In this document: positions 36,293-44,657 of the stretch, piece after piece
Numbering within the stretch: the stretch's first letter is position 1
How the letters are laid out: every line of letters begins with the position of its first letter
Source of the DNA: Promethearchaeota archaeon
GTDB taxonomy: Archaea; Asgardarchaeota; Lokiarchaeia; Sigyniarchaeales; SOKP01
Assembly (NCBI GenBank): GCA_048939995.1
Contig: JBHLOY010000002.1
Location: 384,001 to 448,000, forward strand
Direction: 5' to 3'
Length of the DNA stretch: 64,000 nt
Notes under the pieces: model-generated
What the model was told of the DNA's origin: nothing
Database searches by the model: none
What the model saw: the letters and a program-made list of their open reading frames with translations, nothing else
Position numbers and translations under genes: made by a program

Positions 36293-37597
36293 ATGACAAA
36301 AGAAATAGATGTAGAGCCTGTAACTCGATTAGAAGGGCATGGAGGGTTGCGATTGGTTTTAGGAGATGATGGAACAGTACAAGATGTGCAATTTAACATC
36401 ACATCGACAAGATTTTTTGAGAAATTTTTAGAAGGTCGTTACTGCGAGCATATAAACCGGATTACGCCTCGGATTTGTGGAATTTGTCCCATTCCTCATC
36501 ATTTATCACCAACGAAAGCTGTAGAAGATGCTTGGGGTGTTGAAATTCCCACACCAGCCTTAAAATTACGAAAGTTGCTCATTAATGCAAAGCAATACTC
36601 CTCTCATGCTTTACATTTCTATGCATTGGCAGCACCAGATTTCTTATTAGGACCTATGGCAGATCCTGCATTAAGAAATGTGGTTCATGTAATCAATAAA
36701 ATGCCAGATGTTGGAGCTATGGCTCTAAAAATGATGGATTTTGGTCAAAAATTATGCGCGGCTATTGGGGGTAAGTCTGTGCATCCTATTTCAGCTATTG
36801 TTGGTGGGATGAAAAAAGCAATGGATGAAGATGCTCGAGATTTATTCTTAAAGCAAATTGGAGATCAAGTTGAATGGACGAAAAAGACAGTAGATATCGG
36901 ATTGAAAGTTGTCGAGGATTACTGGGATGTTGTTGCAAACGTAGGAGTTGTACCTACATACTATGCTGGGATGACTAAAAATGGAGTTCATGATATTTAT
37001 GAAGGAGATCTTAGGATTGTATCTCCTGATGGACAGAAATTTGATTATCCGCCTCAAAAATATTTAGAGGTATTAGGTGAATATATTCCTGAACATTCAT
37101 ATGCTACCCATATGTATTACAAGCCTGCTGGATACCCTGAAGGGATTTATCGGGCGAATACATTGGCTATGATTAATGCCGCTGATAGAATGGCAACTCC
37201 TTTAGCTGATGAAGCATTAAGGGCAATGAGAGATAAGGTTGGTGCTATTTCGCATCACACATTTGCTTATCATTGGGCAAGATTAATTGAATTAGTAGAA
37301 TCTATTGAGATGATTGCTACATTACTTCAAGATCCAGATATACTCAATCCAGATTGTAAAACATTAGATGTACAACCTAGAGAGGCTGACGGAGTCGGTT
37401 TAGTAGAAGCACCTCGTGGTCTATTACTATATCATATTTGGTCAGATGCTGATGGTCTATGTAAAAAGGCTAACCTTTTAGTAGCTACCAATCATAATAT
37501 TGCAGGAATTGAAAAAACTTTAAAATTCGTAGCGAAGCAAGTATTTGAACAAAACGCTTTGGCCGGATTAAAATTACCAGACCCTTGGATAAAATAA
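36293..37597 (+). CDS. vhuA: Group 3c hydrogenase large subunit MvhA/VhuA, lacking the C-terminal Ni-binding motif
   Basis: PVTRLEGH, RICGIC (L1), EAPRG, VATNHN; ends PDPWIK with no CxxC L2 motif. Confidence 0.93.
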   Translation: MTKEIDVEPVTRLEGHGGLRLVLGDDGTVQDVQFNITSTRFFEKFLEGRYCEHINRITPRICGICPIPHHLSPTKAVEDAWGVEIPTPALKLRKLLINAKQYSSHALHFYALAAPDFLLGPMADPALRNVVHVINKMPDVGAMALKMMDFGQKLCAAIGGKSVHPISAIVGGMKKAMDEDARDLFLKQIGDQVEWTKKTVDIGLKVVEDYWDVVANVGVVPTYYAGMTKNGVHDIYEGDLRIVSPDGQKFDYPPQKYLEVLGEYIPEHSYATHMYYKPAGYPEGIYRANTLAMINAADRMATPLADEALRAMRDKVGAISHHTFAYHWARLIELVESIEMIATLLQDPDILNPDCKTLDVQPREADGVGLVEAPRGLLLYHIWSDADGLCKKANLLVATNHNIAGIEKTLKFVAKQVFEQNALAGLKLPDPWIK

Positions 37598-37629
37598 AAT
37601 TAAAAAGATATAAAGGCGATATAAAAGAA

Positions 37630-37782
37630 ATGAGTGAAGAAATACCAGAAGGAGTAGTAAATCTTTTAGAAATGGTAGTTCGCTGTTTTGATTGCTGACT
37701 ATCGTGTGCCGCACACATCACCGTTGTTGATGAAAAAGGCTCTGAGATTTACTCTCGCGAGTTAAATGTTGGCTTAGGATGA
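37630..37782 (+). CDS. vhuU: Selenoprotein VhuU, the separate C-terminal peptide of the hydrogenase large subunit (Sec UGA at 37696-37698)
   Basis: Translated by hand: MSEEIPEGVVNLLEMVVRCFDC-U-LSCAAHITVVDEKGSEIYSRELNVGLG; the TGA sits at the first Ni ligand of the L2 motif that vhuA lacks. Confidence 0.9.
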
Positions 37783-37839
37783 ATATCCAATATAAACAAT
37801 AGATTGGATACAACTGCCCATGCACGGGTTAAAGCCAAC
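37768..37839 (+). promoter_or_regulatory. Candidate SECIS-type RNA structure overlapping the vhuU stop
   Basis: Outer helix GTTGGCTT/AAGCCAAC; ATGA; inner helix TATCCAAT/ATTGGATA with AAA in the loop; side hairpin GCCC/GGGT. Confidence 0.55.
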
Positions 37840-37876
37840 CAAAATATAAAATAAAAAAGAAAGAAGAAACGGAATA

Positions 37877-38404
37877 GTGAAAAAAATGACTATAAATTTT
37901 GAATTTAGAAAGCAAGTTATGGATTACCATATAGGGTCTGATTTAATAAAATATTGTTACCAATGTAGCAGATGTGCTGATAACTGTCCAGTCACCAAAG
38001 TGACAACAGATTTCTATTCGACAACGGGGTATAATCCACGTAGTAATATCCTAAATGCTCTATTGGGGTATAAGGATGTTATATTTTCAGCTGATCCCTT
38101 AACTATTTGGGGATGTACTGTATGTGACACTTGTGACGAAGTTTGTCCTCAGAAAATTGAGCTTACTGAAATCTTTACATTCTTAAAAAATGAATCGGTA
38201 GAGCAAGGTAAAGCTCCTGAACATATATATGCTCAAGCACAAACAATCTTTGAAAATGCTAAAGCAATTCCACCACAACCTGCAATTGAGAGAAGAAGAG
38301 AACAATTAGGATTACCTACAATAATAACACCAGACATAAATGAGCTCCAAACATTATTAAGAAATATAGGAGCAGATAAAAAACTTACTAAGAGGGAGGA
38401 TTAA
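37877..38404 (+). CDS. hdrC: Heterodisulfide reductase subunit C (second copy)
   Basis: CYQCSRCADNCP, WGCTVCDTCDEVCPQ. Confidence 0.88.
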   Translation: MKKMTINFEFRKQVMDYHIGSDLIKYCYQCSRCADNCPVTKVTTDFYSTTGYNPRSNILNALLGYKDVIFSADPLTIWGCTVCDTCDEVCPQKIELTEIFTFLKNESVEQGKAPEHIYAQAQTIFENAKAIPPQPAIERRREQLGLPTIITPDINELQTLLRNIGADKKLTKRED

Positions 38405-39262
38405 ATGACAGAATATAAGATGTTTGAAGGTTGTACTATAGGGAATCGTATTCCCTTTATAGAAGCTGCTTCGAGAAAAGTGTTTCAAAAAGTAGGAATT
38501 GAAACTTCTGAGGCGCCATTTAGTTGCTGTCCAGATCCCACAGGGATGAAAAGTTTTGATAATGATTCATGGTTAGTTATTGGAGCTCGAAACCTTAGTC
38601 TTGCTGAAGCTGAAGGTAAGAATATTATATCTTTATGTAATGGATGCGCGAATACTCTCAGAGGAGTACAACATCAATTGAAACATGATTCCTTAAAACG
38701 ACAAAAAGTTAATAAACAGTTAGCTAAAATTGGTAAAAGTTATCATGGTAACATAGATATAAAGCATTTTGTTGATGTATTAAAAGATAATCTTGATAAA
38801 GTTAGAGAATCAATTACAAAACCATTAAGCGGGTTAAAAGTAGCTGTTCATCCTGGTTGTCATTACATGAGACCAGCAGAGTGGATGGAGAATGATGATC
38901 CAATGCATCCGCAAAACCTAAAGAAAGTAGTTGCTGCTACTGGTGCAACTGTTGTAGATTATGAAGAGTTAGCTTTATGCTGTGGTTCAGCTGTTACTAA
39001 TGCTTACGAAGAGCATGGTTTAGCAAATCTAAAAATTAAAATGGATAGTATTAAAAAAGCTGGAGCAGATGTAATTTGTGTTAATTGTCCTTCGTGTTTT
39101 CAGCAATTTGATACCCGTCAAAGAGATTTAGGTAAAAAATATGAATCTGAGTACGATATACCAGTGTTATATATAACTGAATTGTTAGCTTTAGCAATGG
39201 GAATCACTCCTGAAGAAATAGGGCTTAAGTTTCATAGAACTCGAATGAAGACCCAAATATAG
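38405..39262 (+). CDS. hdrB: Heterodisulfide reductase subunit B (second copy)
   Basis: FEGC, SCCPDP, CNGC, HPGCH, CCGS, CPSC. Confidence 0.92.
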   Translation: MTEYKMFEGCTIGNRIPFIEAASRKVFQKVGIETSEAPFSCCPDPTGMKSFDNDSWLVIGARNLSLAEAEGKNIISLCNGCANTLRGVQHQLKHDSLKRQKVNKQLAKIGKSYHGNIDIKHFVDVLKDNLDKVRESITKPLSGLKVAVHPGCHYMRPAEWMENDDPMHPQNLKKVVAATGATVVDYEELALCCGSAVTNAYEEHGLANLKIKMDSIKKAGADVICVNCPSCFQQFDTRQRDLGKKYESEYDIPVLYITELLALAMGITPEEIGLKFHRTRMKTQI

Positions 39263-39441
39263 TTGATTTAAACATTTTTATAATATTTTTTTTTATTGTC
39301 TCATTTTTCTGCGATGAACTCATTGCTGTAAAATTTAAATAACAAGAAATTCAAAATATTTATATTAATAAAATATACTAATACGTTAAGAAGGGTATAG
39401 AAAATTCCTTAATTTTAACTAGATCAAAATAGGTATAAAGA

Positions 39442-40230
39442 ATGACTCCAACTAATTTAGTGCGCCAACCACCATGGTTTTTTCCATATATTGAAAATTA
39501 TTCTCACATTTTATTGGATATCAAATTTCTTAAGTGTGAAGGCATTAGTGAGAAATTAGATTTCTTAATAGAAACGGATCTTAGAGGTTTTGAAGGATTA
39601 TTATTTTATATATATAAACCAAATCATAATATCATAAAATTCGATATAATTAACCATAAAGAGGATTCTATTCATAAATTAGAGAATTTATTTTACGAGA
39701 TTAAAAAGGGTACCTCTATTCAAGGATTGGATTTTATTTTTATACCTTTTGGGCATTTTACCGAAGATAACAAATTTACACCAAAAATTAAGGCACGATA
39801 TGCAGAAATTACATATCAAGTATTTACTTGGTCTCCATCTTTATTATTTAAGAAAGTTAAATCCATTATCAAGATCGATAACAAATACAATGAATTAATC
39901 CCAATTGATGATGTTCAAGGATATTATTATAATTTAGATATTTCATTTAAGGGAAACAAAACTGAATATTTATTTAACTTAATAAATCTTCTATGTAGTT
40001 TCGACAATTCTCCTCAGTATGAATCAATCGTTAATGAAATCAAGTCATTAATATCGAAAACAAATGAATTTTTGTTTGAACTCTCGATGTCAGACATTCC
40101 TATTGAGATGCAAAATCTATTAAAAGAATTAGAACGGTTGAAATTTAATATTGACAATCTTAATAAAGAAGAGATATTTAATTGGCTTGATGATTTAATT
40201 GATTTTTACTCAAGGCGGACTCAAAAATAA
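39442..40230 (+). CDS. Hypothetical protein
   Basis: 262 aa ORF; no motif recognised. Confidence 0.7.
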   Translation: MTPTNLVRQPPWFFPYIENYSHILLDIKFLKCEGISEKLDFLIETDLRGFEGLLFYIYKPNHNIIKFDIINHKEDSIHKLENLFYEIKKGTSIQGLDFIFIPFGHFTEDNKFTPKIKARYAEITYQVFTWSPSLLFKKVKSIIKIDNKYNELIPIDDVQGYYYNLDISFKGNKTEYLFNLINLLCSFDNSPQYESIVNEIKSLISKTNEFLFELSMSDIPIEMQNLLKELERLKFNIDNLNKEEIFNWLDDLIDFYSRRTQK

Positions 40231-40301
40231 TTAATAACCGCAATTTTTTTTTAAAAGAAACCATTACACCCCTTAAGAAGAAAATTTTTTATTTCATTGT
40301 T

Positions 40302-40550
40302 ATGTGTCTAGCAATTCCTGGAAAAATAATAAAATTCAATGAAGATAGAACAACTGCACAAGTCGATTTTGATGGAATAATTCAAAGTGTAGTTATAGCC
40401 TTAATTTCAGATCCTAAAGTTGGAAATTATGTGATCGTACATGCAGGATATGCGATCGAACAAATGAATGAAAATGAAGCTTTAGAAGCAATTGAACAAT
40501 GGAAAGAAATAGCTGAGGATCAGGATTTAAATCTATCTGATATGTTATAA
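40302..40550 (+). CDS. hypC: Hydrogenase chaperone HypC
   Basis: MCLAIPG, GNYVIVHAGYA. Confidence 0.96.
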   Translation: MCLAIPGKIIKFNEDRTTAQVDFDGIIQSVVIALISDPKVGNYVIVHAGYAIEQMNENEALEAIEQWKEIAEDQDLNLSDML

Positions 40551-40578
40551 TTATCTTTTTCTTAAAAAAATTTAACTT

Positions 40579-40767
40579 CTATTTTGATTTTCGGCTCTTC
40601 TTATCTATGGAATTAACGACGAGATATTGAGCATTAGAGAATATAGAGATACCAATAAAGATTATTATGATAATGTTCAGTATAGTATTATTGTTTCCTA
40701 AAGTTTCTAATGCTAAAGCTATACAAAGAGAAATCATACCTAATACAATTAAATTTTCCTTTTTCAT
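40579..40767 (-). CDS. Small two-TM hypothetical protein
   Basis: 62 aa with two hydrophobic segments and a basic tail. Confidence 0.6.
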   Translation of the reverse strand: MKKENLIVLGMISLCIALALETLGNNNTILNIIIIIFIGISIFSNAQYLVVNSIDKKSRKSK

Positions 40768-40867
40768 ATCTAACTTAATCTCCTCTCTATTTCTATTAAT
40801 ATTATGGATTTCTCCAATAAAACTACTTTAAATTAGATATAAAAAGCTTTTCTATATAGATTGTAGT

Positions 40868-41671
40868 TTATAAATCAAATAATTCTTCTTTTAATTTTTT
40901 CAACTTCCTATAGAGGATATTTATTGAATTAATTGCATCAGAGTTTGAGTTAAAATCGAGAGGTGAAATTCCATTTAGATCTGCTTTCCCAATCTCTGAA
41001 TCAAATGGAATGGTGTGATAAAGAGGAATCTCCCAATTATCAATTATTCTGCGGATAGTATCGATTTGAGTATCATCTATAACTTTATTAGCTATTAAAT
41101 AAATGTTTATAACACCCAATTTTTTTGATAGGCTAATAATTTTAGAACATAAATCTAATGATTTTTGCGAAGGTTCAGTTATGACTAACATTACATCAAT
41201 CCCTTTTGCTGTGCCTCTCCCTAAATGTTCCAAACCCGCCTCAAAGTCAACAATAATAACCTCATCTCGTTTAACAAATAGATTGTAGAGTAATGTCCTA
41301 ATTAAAGCATTTTCAGGACATAGACATCCAGTAGCGGGTTCTTCGATACCTCCCAAAACTAATAATTGTAAGCCATCTGGACCAGAAACTTTAAACCTAT
41401 CTGGTATGTCAGAAACTTCGGGATTAATATTATAAACTCCAGGACCTGCTCCGGGAACAATGGTTCGTTCTTCTATCATTTGTTTCATTTCAGAGATCGG
41501 CACGATGTTCTTTTTAGTCTCTAAATCTATCCCTAATGTCATTGATAAATTCATCGCTGAATCATTATCAATTGCTAAAACTTTATACCCGTCTTTTGCA
41601 AATAACCGTGCCAGGGTTCCCGCAACTAAAGTCTTTCCTACTCCTCCTTTTCCAGAAACTGCGATCTTCAT
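40868..41671 (-). CDS. cooC: CooC/AcsF-type nickel-insertion ATPase
   Basis: MKIAVSGKGGVGKT, GCLCP, DFEAGLEHLGRGT. Confidence 0.92.
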   Translation of the reverse strand: MKIAVSGKGGVGKTLVAGTLARLFAKDGYKVLAIDNDSAMNLSMTLGIDLETKKNIVPISEMKQMIEERTIVPGAGPGVYNINPEVSDIPDRFKVSGPDGLQLLVLGGIEEPATGCLCPENALIRTLLYNLFVKRDEVIIVDFEAGLEHLGRGTAKGIDVMLVITEPSQKSLDLCSKIISLSKKLGVINIYLIANKVIDDTQIDTIRRIIDNWEIPLYHTIPFDSEIGKADLNGISPLDFNSNSDAINSINILYRKLKKLKEELFDL

Positions 41672-41788
41672 TTGATTTAATAATTGAATGAGTAATATTA
41701 AATATTTAGTTTACAATTTTTAAAGAAAAACTAAATTCATTCTAAATATTAATAAGAATTTTCTATGTTCATTTATAAGATATTAAAT

Positions 41789-42049
41789 TTAATCGTTTCT
41801 ACCCATAGACTGCATACGCTTAGAGATTTTTACCATCTTGTTAAAAATTCTATCATTTTCCGAGGGATCTTTGCATGCTACTAATTTATCATTCAAAAGT
41901 TTGATCTCATAGGTTAGATCTATAAATTCTTTTGGAGGATTTAATTGATAGTAAAATTTTTTATTTCCATCTTGAGTCAATTCAATATAAACCCATTTTT
42001 CATCCATTTGAGACCAATTCCATCTATTTGGAGTTAATTGTCTAACCAT
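41789..42049 (-). CDS. Hypothetical protein
   Basis: 86 aa ORF with ATG start. Confidence 0.7.
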   Translation of the reverse strand: MVRQLTPNRWNWSQMDEKWVYIELTQDGNKKFYYQLNPPKEFIDLTYEIKLLNDKLVACKDPSENDRIFNKMVKISKRMQSMGRND

Positions 42050-42162
42050 AATTCACTTTAACTATTTTGTAGATTTGAAGGACAAACACCTGTTATTGTT
42101 TCTATTACATGAAAAACAGTATTTAATTCTTTTATTAAAAATATATTAACAGGTTATTATAA

Positions 42163-43587
42163 TTAAGATTCGCTAGCAAAAAGCTCGTTAAAAGCCTTTT
42201 TTGCAGTTTCGCGAACATCAACATCTTTATCTATTCTTAATTCATTTAACAAATCCTTTATCTCTATGGGATTATATTTCATTAAAGCTTTTATAAGATA
42301 TAATTTTACTATCCAATCGTTATCGTTAATCAGTCTTTTGAATGCTCCAAAAACTTTAGGACCTCCAATCATACTTAAATGCTTTATTGCTGCTGTCTTT
42401 TTTGCTCTTTGAGGATCATTTAAATTATTAATTAACAAATCTGTAATTTGATCTTGAGAATTTCTATCTAATAAATTAAACATATTCGCAAAAAGTTGGG
42501 GGTTGATCTGTTCTAAATTTAGTTTTTGCTGCATTAAATGAATTTTATTTTTAGTTAACGCTTCTTCTTCTTGTTCTTTCAATTTTATTAACATTTCATT
42601 TAGTTGTTTATTTTCATTTTGAATTTTTTCTAATTTAATATTGACAAGTTCTAATTCTTCTTCTTTCTGGCTCATAAGTTTCCTGTATTCACTTTCTTTA
42701 CTAATTTCAAGAGTCTTTATTCGATTTAACTCATTTTCAAGTTCATCATTGTGAAATTTTAAATTATCTGATATTGATGTATTTGTTAGTAAGGCATTTC
42801 TTAAATGTTCTTTTTCAGTTTCTAAATTATTTATTTTATCTAATAATTCAGATTTTTCACTAGGAGAAAAACTAGTTTGATTTGAGCCTTCTGTTTCAAT
42901 TTTTTGGTTTTCTTTTATTAAATTCTTATGAGCGATGTTAAGATCCTCTAATTCCTTACTAATACTCTGTTTGAGGTATTCAGATTCCTCCAGTTTAATT
43001 TTAAATTCTTGTAATTCAGCTTTTAATGCTTCTATTTTTACTCTATTTATCCCATTCTCCTCAGTAAGTTGAAAGATCACCTTTTTTGCATCAATTAGTT
43101 GTTGGGCCTTATCATCTAATTCAATTTGTTCTAAGCGTTTCATTTTTTCTTGAAAAAGTTCTAATTTTTCTTCCAAATCATTAATTATTGCTTTTTTCTG
43201 TTCGTTCTCCTCAGTTAATTGAACTACAACCTTATTGGTGTATATTAATTCTTCACTCTCTTCATTATAATTTTTAGCTTTCTCCAACTCAATAGTTATA
43301 TCTTCTAACGTTTGTTCTAAAATTTCGATATCTTTATCTTTTTTTATTAAATCTTGTTTTTGATTGGAAATCATTTCTTTTAATGTTTCGATATCTGCTG
43401 GTAAATCATTTTCATGAATCTCCTTAAGTTTTGCACGTTGATTTTGGATTATTCTTTTTTGCTCATTCACGGTAAATGTTAATCTCTGTACTTCTTCTTT
43501 TAAGTAACGAATGATTCTTTCTAAATCAGAGTGCGCACGATTCGCAGAGTCTATGGATTCAATTATATCTTTTAAATTTTTGCTCAT
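42163..43587 (-). CDS. Long coiled-coil protein with C-terminal HEAT repeats
   Basis: E/K/L/Q-rich heptads; internal repeat (QLTEENEQK / QLTEENGIN); DNDWIVKL and DKDVDVRETAKKA HEAT motifs. Confidence 0.8.
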   Translation of the reverse strand: MSKNLKDIIESIDSANRAHSDLERIIRYLKEEVQRLTFTVNEQKRIIQNQRAKLKEIHENDLPADIETLKEMISNQKQDLIKKDKDIEILEQTLEDITIELEKAKNYNEESEELIYTNKVVVQLTEENEQKKAIINDLEEKLELFQEKMKRLEQIELDDKAQQLIDAKKVIFQLTEENGINRVKIEALKAELQEFKIKLEESEYLKQSISKELEDLNIAHKNLIKENQKIETEGSNQTSFSPSEKSELLDKINNLETEKEHLRNALLTNTSISDNLKFHNDELENELNRIKTLEISKESEYRKLMSQKEEELELVNIKLEKIQNENKQLNEMLIKLKEQEEEALTKNKIHLMQQKLNLEQINPQLFANMFNLLDRNSQDQITDLLINNLNDPQRAKKTAAIKHLSMIGGPKVFGAFKRLINDNDWIVKLYLIKALMKYNPIEIKDLLNELRIDKDVDVRETAKKAFNELFASES

Positions 43588-43795
43588 ATTTTAAAAATTT
43601 ATTTTATAAAAGTTAAAAAAGTTTGAATTAAAAAATATTCACATTTTATAATCAGTTGATAGTATGTGAAGGTAAAAAACGTAAATGCCTCAAGACAGAG
43701 TAAATAGTAATATTTAAAAATATGTTTAAAATTTATTTCATTAGAAAATTATTTAAGATTTTAAAACTTCACTGCAAAAAGCTGGAGGTATATAT

Positions 43796-43996
43796 ATGAC
43801 AAATGAAGAAGTTCCTGATTTTGATATAAACCTTAGAGAGGATGAGGACGATTGGGACGATGAGGATGATTGGGATGAAGATGAGGAAGAAGATTTGGAT
43901 GATTACAATGATGGTGAGTGGGATGATGATTTTGAATATGATGACGATGATGACGATGATGACGATGATGATGACGATGATGATGATTATGACTAA
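43796..43996 (+). CDS. Small hyper-acidic (Asp/Glu-rich) protein
   Basis: GGAGG Shine-Dalgarno-like sequence before the ATG; 66 aa dominated by D/E with spaced W/F/Y. Confidence 0.7.
   Translation: MTNEEVPDFDINLREDEDDWDDEDDWDEDEEEDLDDYNDGEWDDDFEYDDDDDDDDDDDDDDDDYD
43939..43993 (+). repeat. GAT/GAC trinucleotide run encoding poly-Asp
   Basis: gatgacgatgatgacgatgatgacgatgatgatgacgatgatgatgat. Confidence 0.8.
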
Positions 43997-44044
43997 TGAG
44001 GCTTAAATAAGAAAAAATTATTCATTTTTTTTAACTACATTTTT

Positions 44045-44521
44045 TTAAAGAATTTTAATCTCTCTGATAATATCTCCTTGAATAATTGAATCTACAACCT
44101 TTTGATCTTCTGGACCTGCTACTTGGCCAAATATAGTATGCTTATTATTCAAATGGGGTGTAGGGACGTGAGTAATGAAGAATTGACTGCCATTCGTATT
44201 AGGACCTGCGTTGGCCATTGCTAGCAATCCTGGTTTATCAAATCTCTTATTGGATTGAAATTCGTCGACAAAAGGATATTTAATTTGTTGCCCTTGATGT
44301 AGAAAAGAATCAATTCCTTTAGATCTGGGACTCCCAGTGCCATTTCCAAGAGGATCCCCACCTTGGATCATGAAATTTTTTATTACTCGATGGAATTTTA
44401 GATTATTGTAAAATCTTCTTCTTGCTAAAAAAAGAAAGCTAGCCACTGTTAATGGTGCCTCATTATCAAACAAATTCAGATTGATATTCCCCTTATCAGT
44501 TACAATAATTATTTTGGTCAT
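44045..44521 (-). CDS. Cyclophilin-type peptidyl-prolyl isomerase
   Basis: FHRVIKNFMIQGGDP, LAMANAGPNTNGSQFFITH, HTIFGQV. Confidence 0.96.
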   Translation of the reverse strand: MTKIIIVTDKGNINLNLFDNEAPLTVASFLFLARRRFYNNLKFHRVIKNFMIQGGDPLGNGTGSPRSKGIDSFLHQGQQIKYPFVDEFQSNKRFDKPGLLAMANAGPNTNGSQFFITHVPTPHLNNKHTIFGQVAGPEDQKVVDSIIQGDIIREIKIL

Positions 44522-44657
44522 AGGTATTCTAAAATATCTTTTAATTAAAATTATGCTTCTATCTTGTTAATGCAAAATTAATTTATAAAAAATTTAAAGT
44601 TAATATAAATAAAGTATTTTCATAGATATATTAAATTCATTCAAATAAAGATTTAGT

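Noticed and set aside
37485-37721. 78 aa minus-strand ORF in the track
   Set aside because: Antisense shadow of the vhuA end and vhuU; the plus-strand reading has the conserved hydrogenase motif.
37780-37854. Read-through of the second vhuU TGA as another Sec
   Set aside because: It would add 23 residues with no recognisable motif, beyond the expected maturation cleavage site, and the codon lies inside the candidate RNA structure.
39311-39326. Small hairpin GCGATG-AACT-CATTGC containing ATGA after hdrB2 as a SECIS
   Set aside because: Too short, with no second helix or apical A-loop, and far from the UGA.
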